Of a stretch of 54,247 nt of DNA, positions 41,072 to 49,202 are shown one piece after another (within the stretch, counting starts at the first letter, position 1; each line of letters opens with the position of its first letter). Both the position numbers and the translations under genes were made by a program. Source of the stretch: Nitrospirales bacterium (lineage in GTDB: Bacteria > Nitrospirota > Nitrospiria > Nitrospirales > UBA8639); assembly GCA_049289415.1 (NCBI GenBank), contig JBATLR010000031.1:1-54247 (forward strand), given 5' to 3'. Under the pieces are notes generated by a model, which worked only from the letters and a program-made list of their open reading frames with translations, did not search any database and was not told the origin of the DNA.

Positions 41072-42580
41072 TCACCGAAGGGACACCTCGTGGATCATCC
41101 CCACCTGGTACTGTGCCATATGCTGAGCCAGGTGCGTGACGCTCGAATCCATCATTTCCATAAGTGGTGACGGGTACAATCCGATCCCCAAGATTAAAAC
41201 CGCAAGAGGAATCACCGTGACCAATTCTCGCATATTCAGATCCGGTAGTTGTGCAATGGTCAAATTTTTTGGTTGACCCAACACCACCCGTTGAAGCATC
41301 CAGAGCATATACGCCGCCGCGAGGACAATGCCCCCCATGGACAACAACACCATGACATAGCTTTCAAAAGACGTTCCGACCAGGACCAAAAACTCTCCAA
41401 TAAAATTGCACGTGCCAGGCAGTCCGAAAGATGCCACTGAAAACAGACAAAAAAGTGCCACAAACCGAGGCATCGATTTTTGCAACCCTCCGTAATCCTG
41501 AATCGACCGGCTATGGGTCCGATCATACAATTGACCGACAGCCAAAAAGAGGGCTCCTGTGGTTATCCCATGGTTCACCATCTGCAAGATGGCTCCTTGA
41601 ATGCCATGATTATTGAACACGAAAATTCCCAATGTCACGAATCCCATATGCGAAATGGACGAGTACGCCACCAGCTTTTTCAGGTCCGACTGGGCCAGGG
41701 CCATATACCCCCCATACACAATAGCCACCACGGATAACCACAAGATAAACGGGGCAAAGGTCACTGAGGCTTCAGGAAACATGGGGAGACAAAATCGTAA
41801 AAATCCATATCCACCCATTTTCAAGAGTACCCCAGCCAGCAGGACGCTGCCGGCGGTGGGAGCTTCGGAGTGGGCATCCGGTAGCCATGTGTGAAACGGC
41901 AGCATGGGTAATTTAATGGCAAAGGCTAGGAAAAACGCCAGAAATATCCAAAACTGGGCGTCGGGGGAATAGGTGTTCTCTGCCAACGCCAAAATATCGA
42001 ATGTCCGCCCCCCTTCCACGTACAACCCGAGTATCGCCAAGAGTAATATCAGGCTGCCTGACAAACTGTAGAGAACGAATTTGATGCCGGCCGCTATGCG
42101 TTGGGGGCCGCCCCACAGAATGATCATAAAATACATAGGAATCATCGTGACTTCCCACAACATGAAAAACAAAAACAGGTCCAGAGCGGTAAACACCACA
42201 ATCATGGCCCCTTCGACCAACAGAATCATCGCCATAAACGAGCGAACACGGGTGGCAATTGACTTCCAGGAGCACATGACGCAAAAGGGGCAGAGCAGAG
42301 TCGTGAGTAAAACTAGGAGAAGACTAATCCCATCCACTCCGACAGCATATTGAATATTAAAGGTCGGCATCCATGCCATCCGCTCCACGAATTGCATGCC
42401 TTGAGTGGAAAAATCAAATTCGCTCAGCAGCACGAGTGCAAGAACAACGTCACCCAGCGTACACCCCAGAGCCACGCGCCGAATCCATTCCTGATCTTGA
42501 ATGCACGCGATGATCCCAATGCCCAAAAATGGCATCGCAATCATGATACTCAAAAGATGTTCAGTGAAGATTGTGTTCAT
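41072..42580 (-). CDS. nuoM: NuoM/ND4-like antiporter-type subunit
   Basis: WEVTMIPMY, AIKLP-x2-PFHTWLPDAHSEAP, LLKMGGYG, KKLVAYSSISHMG and NFIGEF. Confidence 0.9.
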   Translation of the reverse strand: MNTIFTEHLLSIMIAMPFLGIGIIACIQDQEWIRRVALGCTLGDVVLALVLLSEFDFSTQGMQFVERMAWMPTFNIQYAVGVDGISLLLVLLTTLLCPFCVMCSWKSIATRVRSFMAMILLVEGAMIVVFTALDLFLFFMLWEVTMIPMYFMIILWGGPQRIAAGIKFVLYSLSGSLILLLAILGLYVEGGRTFDILALAENTYSPDAQFWIFLAFFLAFAIKLPMLPFHTWLPDAHSEAPTAGSVLLAGVLLKMGGYGFLRFCLPMFPEASVTFAPFILWLSVVAIVYGGYMALAQSDLKKLVAYSSISHMGFVTLGIFVFNNHGIQGAILQMVNHGITTGALFLAVGQLYDRTHSRSIQDYGGLQKSMPRFVALFCLFSVASFGLPGTCNFIGEFLVLVGTSFESYVMVLLSMGGIVLAAAYMLWMLQRVVLGQPKNLTIAQLPDLNMRELVTVIPLAVLILGIGLYPSPLMEMMDSSVTHLAQHMAQYQVGMIHEVSLR

Positions 42581-42715
42581 AGTCTCCCCTTCATGACATG
42601 CCGGTCATGGCACATCCTGGACATGAAAGACGCCCTCTCGTTTTTCACACACCGCGAGTTTGAATTGCCGTGTCGTGTTCGTGACCATTGAATCACTGAC
42701 AAGCTATCTGCGGAA

Positions 42716-44893
42716 TCACACGACAAACCAAAACAACAACCCAATCCCCACAATGAGCCAGAAAATCATAACCAGTAGGTGGTGCTGTAACGTGCGAGGC
42801 TCTAGTTCCTGCATCATATTCCCTGTGCTCGCGGCTTGATTCCCGGCACGAACCACATTCTTGTCGAGAACTTTGATCTCGATTCTTTTCCATAGCCAGT
42901 TGGCGATACCAAGGCTGCGTTGGCCGATACCCACGACGATCCGATCGACACCGCGAAGGTCCACCACCCGCCAGAGCCAACCGGCCATTCCTACGCTGTT
43001 CCGTCCCAAACCTACTACCAGCCCGTCAATCCCCCGAAGGTCGACCACCCGCCACATCCACTTCGCGGCCAACACCGACACATTTGCGATTCCCATGATC
43101 AGGGCGTCAAACACATTCCGGTCGACAACCCGCCATAGCCATCGGGCCAACCGGAGAGTGGGCACCACAACATACGCCTCATATATTTCGTCGAAATACA
43201 ATTTATTCAGAAAGTGGACATACCATTGTTTGCTCATTTCCGATTGTTGGAACCAGGAACCCGAAAATTTTGTCAAGGAAAAGTACCCAACCCCGATACC
43301 GCCTACAGCCACAGCAAAAGCAAAAATAAGTTGCAAGCCGGTCTCACTCGAAGTTTCCCTTGGAATCTGAGCCATCCGATGTCCCACGACAGGGGAAAGA
43401 AATTCCGAGAACCAACTCCACAAGACCAGCAACAGGCTTCCAAAAATTCCCATGACAGCCAAAATTCCCAGAAGGTGGATAGGGGAAAAGAAACGAGGCT
43501 GGATGGCCTGCCTCCCCATTCCACTTCCATGACCCATCGAATGCGATTGACCAAACAAGACCAGGACACCCCGCATGACATACATGGCAGAGAAAAATAC
43601 CGTCATAAATCCCAAAATCCAAAATGTCCATTGGGCGGAGGATCCCGGTTGAATCATCCACAATTGCTCATACGGCCCAAAAAAAATGAGGAACGGGGGA
43701 AGGCAGGCCAACAGCAAAGCTCCGAACACTAAGGGCCCCATAGAAAGCATTGATGAGCCATGTGAAACATGCGACGAAGACACATGTTCATGGGAGCCAA
43801 CGGAACGAAGTGCATTTCCAGTCGACAGAAATAAGAATCCTTTCAAACATCCATGGGCCAACATATGAAAAATAGAGATAACAAAGGCTCCGACTCCGCA
43901 GGTCATGATCATGAAACCGATTTGACCAATGGTGGAAAACGCCAGCATGCGCTTAATATCCACCTGAGTCAGGGAGACAAGGGTTGCAAAAAGTGCGGTC
44001 ACACCTCCGACCAATGCAATGACGGTCATAGCTTCGGGCGAAAGGATCACGAGGGGACTCATGCGAACCAACAAGAAGGGTCCGGCATTCACCATGGTCG
44101 CGGCGTGAATCAACGCGGAAACAGGTGTGGGCGCTTCCATGGCAAAGGGGAGCCAGACATGGAACGGCACTTGTGCGGACTTTCCCATGACTCCCAGGAA
44201 AAGAAAAAGCGTAATGAGCGTGAGGATATGAATGGGCACGTCCAGCCCTAGCCAGCCGAACAGGTTGATGGTATTTCCCTGTATGGATGGGGCTTCCCCT
44301 AAAATCGTCTGAATATCCAGTGTTCCAAAAGTGGAATAGGTCAGAATGACCCCAAAACCTAAGCCCACATCCGCGACCGAATTCACGAGAAAGGCCTTGG
44401 TCGCGGCCTGAGCAGATGATTGCCGCTCCCCCCAATGAGAAATTAACAAATAAGAACAGATCCCCATGATCTCCCAGAACACAAACAGCATGAGCAGATT
44501 ATTGCTCATAACCAGCATGATCATCGAAAACGTAAACAGCGCGATGACCGCAAAGAAACGGTTATACCGTGGATCGCCGATCATATAACGTGACGCATAC
44601 ACATGCACCACGCTGCTCACACCGGTCACCAAGAGCAGAAGCAACACCGTGAGCTGGTCGACGTAGAGACCCAAATCTACAACCAGGTCTCCCGATTTAA
44701 ATAGTCGGTAGAGTGGAATGGAGAAAGCCCCGTCTGATGCGACTCGAGCAAACGCGATGGCGGAAAACGCGAAGGAGAGAGCCATCGCAGGAATGCCGAT
44801 CTTATGGCCTTGCTCTCCAAGCCAGGGTTTCCCCAGCACGAGAATCAGAACGGCCATCAGAGGAAGAAGGGGAATAAGGATGAGGAATGTCAT
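42716..44893 (-). CDS. nuoL: NuoL/ND5/DabB-like antiporter-type subunit with a repeat-expanded lateral helix
   Basis: FWEIMG, GKSAQVPFHVWLP, APTPVSALIHAATMV and KLYFDEIY, followed by four 27-aa repeats and a terminal TM helix. Confidence 0.88.
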   Translation of the reverse strand: MTFLILIPLLPLMAVLILVLGKPWLGEQGHKIGIPAMALSFAFSAIAFARVASDGAFSIPLYRLFKSGDLVVDLGLYVDQLTVLLLLLVTGVSSVVHVYASRYMIGDPRYNRFFAVIALFTFSMIMLVMSNNLLMLFVFWEIMGICSYLLISHWGERQSSAQAATKAFLVNSVADVGLGFGVILTYSTFGTLDIQTILGEAPSIQGNTINLFGWLGLDVPIHILTLITLFLFLGVMGKSAQVPFHVWLPFAMEAPTPVSALIHAATMVNAGPFLLVRMSPLVILSPEAMTVIALVGGVTALFATLVSLTQVDIKRMLAFSTIGQIGFMIMTCGVGAFVISIFHMLAHGCLKGFLFLSTGNALRSVGSHEHVSSSHVSHGSSMLSMGPLVFGALLLACLPPFLIFFGPYEQLWMIQPGSSAQWTFWILGFMTVFFSAMYVMRGVLVLFGQSHSMGHGSGMGRQAIQPRFFSPIHLLGILAVMGIFGSLLLVLWSWFSEFLSPVVGHRMAQIPRETSSETGLQLIFAFAVAVGGIGVGYFSLTKFSGSWFQQSEMSKQWYVHFLNKLYFDEIYEAYVVVPTLRLARWLWRVVDRNVFDALIMGIANVSVLAAKWMWRVVDLRGIDGLVVGLGRNSVGMAGWLWRVVDLRGVDRIVVGIGQRSLGIANWLWKRIEIKVLDKNVVRAGNQAASTGNMMQELEPRTLQHHLLVMIFWLIVGIGLLFWFVV
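42824..43147 (-). repeat. Four tandem 81-nt (27-aa) coding repeats in the NuoL-like C-terminus
   Basis: ARWLWRVVDRNVFDALIMGIANVSVLA / AKWMWRVVDLRGIDGLVVGLGRNSVGM / AGWLWRVVDLRGVDRIVVGIGQRSLGI / ANWLWKRIEIKVLDKNVVRAGNQAAST. The DNA motif GTC(G/C)AC(A/C)ACCCGCCA occurs at 43121, 43040 and 42959 (exact 81-nt period). Confidence 0.92.
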
Positions 44894-44923
44894 AATCAGG
44901 AGGCCACCATATGCCCAATCCTG

Positions 44924-46393
44924 CTAAAGCCCGGGTGGAACCGCGTTCTTGATGAGAAAGCTGACAATGTGATCGCTCATCAGTCCCAAAACAATGACCG
45001 CCACTGACGTGGCGCCCAGACCAATTTTCACCGCCAATGGAATCTCACGTATAAGAGGTGGCTGCTGGGCTGACCGTTCCCGAAATACCCGTTCAAATAA
45101 TTTCACGAAGTAGGCCAGAGTTAAGAGAGTCGCAATCAGCACCGCGACAATGGCAAGGTAATTTTGCGCTTCCACCGCGCCAAGAATGATATACCATTTT
45201 CCAAAAAATCCCCCGGTTGGAGGAATCCCGATCATCGACAGGGCTATGACGACCAGAGCCACCGACATCCATCCCGCTCCTCCCTGCAGTCGCCCAAGAT
45301 CCTCAATAGTGCGAACCCCGTAGAGATGAATAATTGCCCCCGCCCAAAAAAACAATCCCGCTTGCATCACGGCATCATTCAAGAGGTAAAACACTCCTCC
45401 CACAAAACCGGTTTGATTTCCGAGACTAATCCCCACCAGAATCAATCCGATATGTGAAAGCCCTCCATACGCAAACATGCGTTTGATTTCTACTTGGGAC
45501 AGAGCCAGGAATGCGCCAACCAGGGCTGCAAGAGCCCCAAGAATCCCCACTAACACCAAAAGGCGGATTTGGTAGACCACCGCCTGGGCTCCAAGGACCC
45601 AAAACATAATGCGAATCCATCCATACAGCGCGACCTTCGTCACTAAGGAGGCCAGCATCGGTGACACTCTATCTGGCGCATACGTATATGCATCCGGCAA
45701 CCACCCGTGGAGCGGTACCAAGGCCATCTTAATGCCCAGCCCAATGAACATGAATAACACACCCACCGCAAAGGCCTTGGATGCCACCAAAGAGGGCACC
45801 CGCTGAGCCAGATCTGCCATATTGAGCGTACCCGTCTCGGCGTACAAATACCCCACTCCCAGGAGATATAAGGAGGCTCCGAAGGTGCCTAAAATTAAAT
45901 ACCGGAATCCGGCGACAAGCGCCTTCCCACCAGCCAACCCGACCAAGGCATAGGCACACAGGGCGGATACTTCTAAGAAAACGAAAAGATTGAACAAATC
46001 CCCGGCAAACACCATGCCGGTCAGGCTGGCTATCAACAATAAGACCAGGGTATAAAACGGAACAATCCGGCTACCAAGGTAAGGAAACAAAACTGAACTG
46101 AGGAAGGTGATACACACCAATCCAACGAGACTCAAAGCCACGGTCATGACACTGGCCAAGCCGTCCGCCACCCACTCAATCCCGACCGGAGCAGCCCATC
46201 CCCCAAAGTCATAATGAATGGTCCCGTTTTGAAGAACTCCTACCAGATTAGCGAAGGAAACCGGGACCATCGCAGCCAGCACACCAATCGATAATGGCCG
46301 ACACCACTCCCGATGCTTGATCCCGATTAATGGTAAACAAATGGCCAAACCGAGAGGTAAGAGGAAAAGAATTGCGGAAAGGTGTCGCGTCAT
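44924..46393 (-). CDS. mrpD: Mrp antiporter subunit D
   Basis: GDLFNLFVFLEV, IKMALVPLHGWLPDAY and GIPPTGGFFGKW. Confidence 0.9.
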   Translation of the reverse strand: MTRHLSAILFLLPLGLAICLPLIGIKHREWCRPLSIGVLAAMVPVSFANLVGVLQNGTIHYDFGGWAAPVGIEWVADGLASVMTVALSLVGLVCITFLSSVLFPYLGSRIVPFYTLVLLLIASLTGMVFAGDLFNLFVFLEVSALCAYALVGLAGGKALVAGFRYLILGTFGASLYLLGVGYLYAETGTLNMADLAQRVPSLVASKAFAVGVLFMFIGLGIKMALVPLHGWLPDAYTYAPDRVSPMLASLVTKVALYGWIRIMFWVLGAQAVVYQIRLLVLVGILGALAALVGAFLALSQVEIKRMFAYGGLSHIGLILVGISLGNQTGFVGGVFYLLNDAVMQAGLFFWAGAIIHLYGVRTIEDLGRLQGGAGWMSVALVVIALSMIGIPPTGGFFGKWYIILGAVEAQNYLAIVAVLIATLLTLAYFVKLFERVFRERSAQQPPLIREIPLAVKIGLGATSVAVIVLGLMSDHIVSFLIKNAVPPGL

Positions 46394-46770
46394 TCCAGCC
46401 TTTTGAGAATTTCTTCTTCGTCCAGGCTGCCGTACTTTTTATAAATGGCATCGGCTAGCGCCAAAGATACTCCCAGGGTGGCAACACCCACCACAATCGC
46501 CGTCAATGTCAGCACATGAGGGAGAGGATTCGCATAGGCTTCCGGTTGAATGATCTCGGTCGTGGAGAGCAAAATGGGCACCGTGGCGCCTTGCTTGGCA
46601 CTTGTGGTGACGAGGAAAAAGATCACGCTCGTTTGCATGAGATACATCCCGATGAGTTTTTTCACCAAATTGTACCGGGTCACCATAATATAGATGCCCC
46701 ACAGAAACAGGAGGACAAAGGCAATGTAGTTGGGGCGCTGCAGCCACCCCCCGATCATCTCAAACATCAT
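46390..46770 (-). CDS. mrpC: Mrp antiporter subunit C
   Basis: NLVKKLIG and NPLPHVLTLTAIVVGVAT. Confidence 0.92.
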   Translation of the reverse strand: MMFEMIGGWLQRPNYIAFVLLFLWGIYIMVTRYNLVKKLIGMYLMQTSVIFFLVTTSAKQGATVPILLSTTEIIQPEAYANPLPHVLTLTAIVVGVATLGVSLALADAIYKKYGSLDEEEILKRLE

Positions 46771-47209
46771 ATTCCTGCTCGGTATCGTGGTAGGCCAAGC
46801 TGAGAACGATAGAAATCCCTGTCACCGCAACATCCACGGCCACGCCGATTTGTGCCAGCAAAATCCCCGTATACCGACGGGCGGGAGCATCCAAACCCGG
46901 AATCTCCAAATGCGCATAGTTCAAAAACTCCCCACCTCCGATGAGGCATAAGCCACCGACTCCGACAAAAATAATCAATCCGATCCCATCGCCATGCAAA
47001 ACCTTTTCCACCAAACGTCCCTGGGGTGACTTCAGCCCGAACACCAAAAAAGTCAGGATCATACTGGTTGTCCAAATGACGCCGGCCACAAATCCTCCTC
47101 CAGGACCGTACTGGCCGAAGAACAAGACGTAGAAAGCAAACAACTGGGCCAGAGGAATGAGCAAGCGACTCATGGCCTGAACAATGATGCTGTCGTGTAT
47201 CTGTTTCAT
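46760..47209 (-). CDS. mrpB: Mrp antiporter subunit B (MnhB domain)
   Basis: GPGGGFVAG motif and four TM segments. Confidence 0.88.
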   Translation of the reverse strand: MKQIHDSIIVQAMSRLLIPLAQLFAFYVLFFGQYGPGGGFVAGVIWTTSMILTFLVFGLKSPQGRLVEKVLHGDGIGLIIFVGVGGLCLIGGGEFLNYAHLEIPGLDAPARRYTGILLAQIGVAVDVAVTGISIVLSLAYHDTEQEYDV

Positions 47210-47739
47210 GAGCCTGGCTCCCGTAATAACAAGGCACAGGCAATGCCGGCCGTAAATATCACCACGGTTTCTATCAACGTATCAAATGCCCGATAGTCCA
47301 TCAGCACCGAGGTGACCACATTCGGCGTGAGCGTGTCCGCATAGCTATTCTGTAAGTACACAGGAGAAATGTGCACGTTGGGCGGAGAGGTTGGGTCGCC
47401 AAACTGTGGAAGATCATTCGCCGCCAATAACAACAGCAGGCCCAGCAAGGGCAGTCCGAGGACTCCCGCTAGAGGAGGAGGGGGACGACGAAGGCGGCTA
47501 TCCTTGGGAGCGGTATCAAACAACGTGACAAGGAACAACACGGTACCCAACCCGGCGCCAATAACGGCTTCTACAAATGCCACATCCACCGCGCCTAACC
47601 AAGCCCAAACCAGGGACAGAAAGAAACTATACGACCCGAGGATAAACACTGAACTCATCAATTCCTTAACCAAAAATGTGGCACTGGCCGCCGTCAGGAC
47701 CAGGAGTAACAGCAAGGCAATATTCACGGAATACATCAT
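47206..47739 (-). CDS. DUF4040 / MrpA C-terminal-like subunit (MbhD+MbhE-like)
   Basis: AVDVAFVEAVIGAG and PNVVTSVLMDYRAFDTLIETVV. The true start is ATG 47739, overlapping the mrpG stop. Confidence 0.87.
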   Translation of the reverse strand: MMYSVNIALLLLLVLTAASATFLVKELMSSVFILGSYSFFLSLVWAWLGAVDVAFVEAVIGAGLGTVLFLVTLFDTAPKDSRLRRPPPPLAGVLGLPLLGLLLLLAANDLPQFGDPTSPPNVHISPVYLQNSYADTLTPNVVTSVLMDYRAFDTLIETVVIFTAGIACALLLREPGS

Positions 47740-48035
47740 TGGTCTTCCTCCGTCTGAGGTTTGAGGCCAGACCGATAGGCCGCTCGAATCGTGGCATGAG
47801 CAATGACCGGATTTAACAGGATGAGCAAGACCAGGACGACCAGAATCTTCAGCATATTGATCCCGAACCCCTGGTACAAAGCAAGGCCCGCGAGAACACA
47901 AATCGCGCCTAGGGAATCAGTCAGGGAGACCGCATGGGATCGCGAAAACACATCAGGGAGGCGTAGTGTGCCAATTGCAGCCACCACCAGGAAAAATACC
48001 CCCACCAGAATTAACCCGATGGCAAAAACAACCAT
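47736..48035 (-). CDS. mrpG: Mrp antiporter subunit G
   Basis: GTLRLPDVFSRSHA and NPVIAHATIRAA. Confidence 0.92.
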   Translation of the reverse strand: MVVFAIGLILVGVFFLVVAAIGTLRLPDVFSRSHAVSLTDSLGAICVLAGLALYQGFGINMLKILVVLVLLILLNPVIAHATIRAAYRSGLKPQTEEDQ

Positions 48036-48305
48036 TTAGGGTGCCCCTCGTTGCTCAAGAAATTTCGCAATGGCAAACGCTCCCACCAGGTTCAGAAGCG
48101 CATACCCCGTGGAGATGTCCACAAACATCTCCACACGGTCATAGACTGTTCCCATGACGACGCCCAGAATGATGGCTTTGGTCGATATTCCCGCCAATCC
48201 AAGTACCCGATCAAACACCGTGGGACCCTGGATCACCCGGTATAAATACACGAGGATCAGAAATGACAACGTAATGAGCAAAAATAGAAAAAATTCAATC
48301 ATCAC
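48036..48305 (-). CDS. mrpF: Mrp antiporter subunit F
   Basis: RVIQGPTVFDRVL motif and three TM segments. Confidence 0.92.
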   Translation of the reverse strand: MMIEFFLFLLITLSFLILVYLYRVIQGPTVFDRVLGLAGISTKAIILGVVMGTVYDRVEMFVDISTGYALLNLVGAFAIAKFLEQRGAP

Positions 48306-48793
48306 ACATTCGTATCTTCCTGAAAAACCCAGGCAAGTTTGCGCTCCATCCGGCCGGTGGTGAGATCATTCCCTGCTGCCTCATCTATGGCATGCACGAG
48401 GAAAGTATTGCCGTTAATTTCAACGGTAATGGTGCCTGGCGTAAGGGTCACAGAATTCCCAAGCACAACGATCGCGCCCCGATGTTTTAATTGAGACCGA
48501 TAGGTGATAAGTCTGGGCCTAATGGGTAACGAGGGATTCAGAATGAGTTTCGTCAAATGCAGACTACTCTCCACAATCCGTAAAAAAAGCCAGGGGCTGT
48601 ACAGCACCATACGGCCCCATGGGAATTGCTGAAAGGGAGAATGAGGGAACCCCGTATTTAACCATGCGACTCCACAAGAGGCCGTGAATCCGAGAACAAG
48701 GTGAAAATTGTCGTACTTCCCTGATAACACAAGCCAGCCGCAAAATAAGGCCAAGGTGTTCGCGATTAACTGTTTGGGAAAAGAAGATTTCAT
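48302..48793 (-). CDS. mrpE: Mrp antiporter subunit E
   Basis: GNSVTLTPGTITV and LVHAID. Confidence 0.92.
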   Translation of the reverse strand: MKSSFPKQLIANTLALFCGWLVLSGKYDNFHLVLGFTASCGVAWLNTGFPHSPFQQFPWGRMVLYSPWLFLRIVESSLHLTKLILNPSLPIRPRLITYRSQLKHRGAIVVLGNSVTLTPGTITVEINGNTFLVHAIDEAAGNDLTTGRMERKLAWVFQEDTNV

Positions 48794-48850
48794 CCAATAT
48801 TATCTTCAGATCAAAACCTGAACGGTACGAATCAACGAACCCGAAAAAGT

Positions 48851-48908
48851 ATAAAAAAAGCCAACCAAATGTTTTTCGAATGAGGTGTTCAAAAAACCTG
48901 GTTGGCTT
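48851..48908 (-). terminator. Attenuator terminator in the mrpE leader
   Basis: Minus-strand stem AAGCCAACCAGGT...ATTTGGTTGGCTT followed by TTTTTAT, about 60 nt before the mrpE start. Confidence 0.8.
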
Positions 48909-48933
48909 GTACTGTCTCCAGCTAATCGGAACT

Positions 48934-49011
48934 AACCAAATGCCGGGAACCCTACTGCCATGATGAATGATATTTCGGCAAACCGGATGCTCCCACTCTC
49001 CCGACTCAGCC
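48934..49011 (-). ncRNA. Structured leader element B (riboswitch/attenuator candidate)
   Basis: GGCTGAGT...GAGAGTG-[GGAGC...GTTCC]-CGG-C-ATTTGGTT. The 3' strand can alternatively pair with the 5' arm of the downstream terminator. Confidence 0.5.
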
Positions 49012-49021
49012 TGCGCCAAAT

Positions 49022-49113
49022 AAAAAAAGGGGCCTCATCCTTTTGAACAATCTGCAAGCCTCCGACCTTATACCAGGCACCCTCTTCCATCCACAACTTC
49101 GAATCAAAAGGAC
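49022..49113 (-). ncRNA. Structured leader element A, Na+ riboswitch (DUF1646/Na+-I)-like, with terminator
   Basis: TTGTGG...GAGGGT-[GCCT GGTATA AGGT]-CGG...TTGCAG is enclosed by GTCCTTTTGA / TCAAAAGGAT and overlaps a terminator GG(A)GGCTT...AGGCCCC-T7. The family assignment is from memory of the motif and the gene context, not from a search. Confidence 0.55.
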
Positions 49114-49132
49114 TAATCATCCCACGTGGGAG

Positions 49133-49160
49133 ATGATAGGAGATTCGATCAGGAATTCAA
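49133..49160 (-). promoter_or_regulatory. Putative sigma70 promoter for the mrp operon
   Basis: TTGAAT-N16-TATCAT immediately upstream of element A. Confidence 0.5.
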
Positions 49161-49202
49161 AGCACGGCAGAAGTCAAAAAGTCGTTCATTCTTATTGTGA
49201 AA

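Noticed and set aside
47740..47901. N-terminal extension of the DUF4040 ORF in the ORF track
   Set aside because: It overlaps mrpG out of frame. The ATGA-coupled start at 47739 is more plausible.
41072..48793. Interpretation as respiratory complex I or a membrane-bound hydrogenase
   Set aside because: No NuoA/B/C/D/H/I, NADH-input module or NiFe subunits are present, and the small subunits are Mrp-type.
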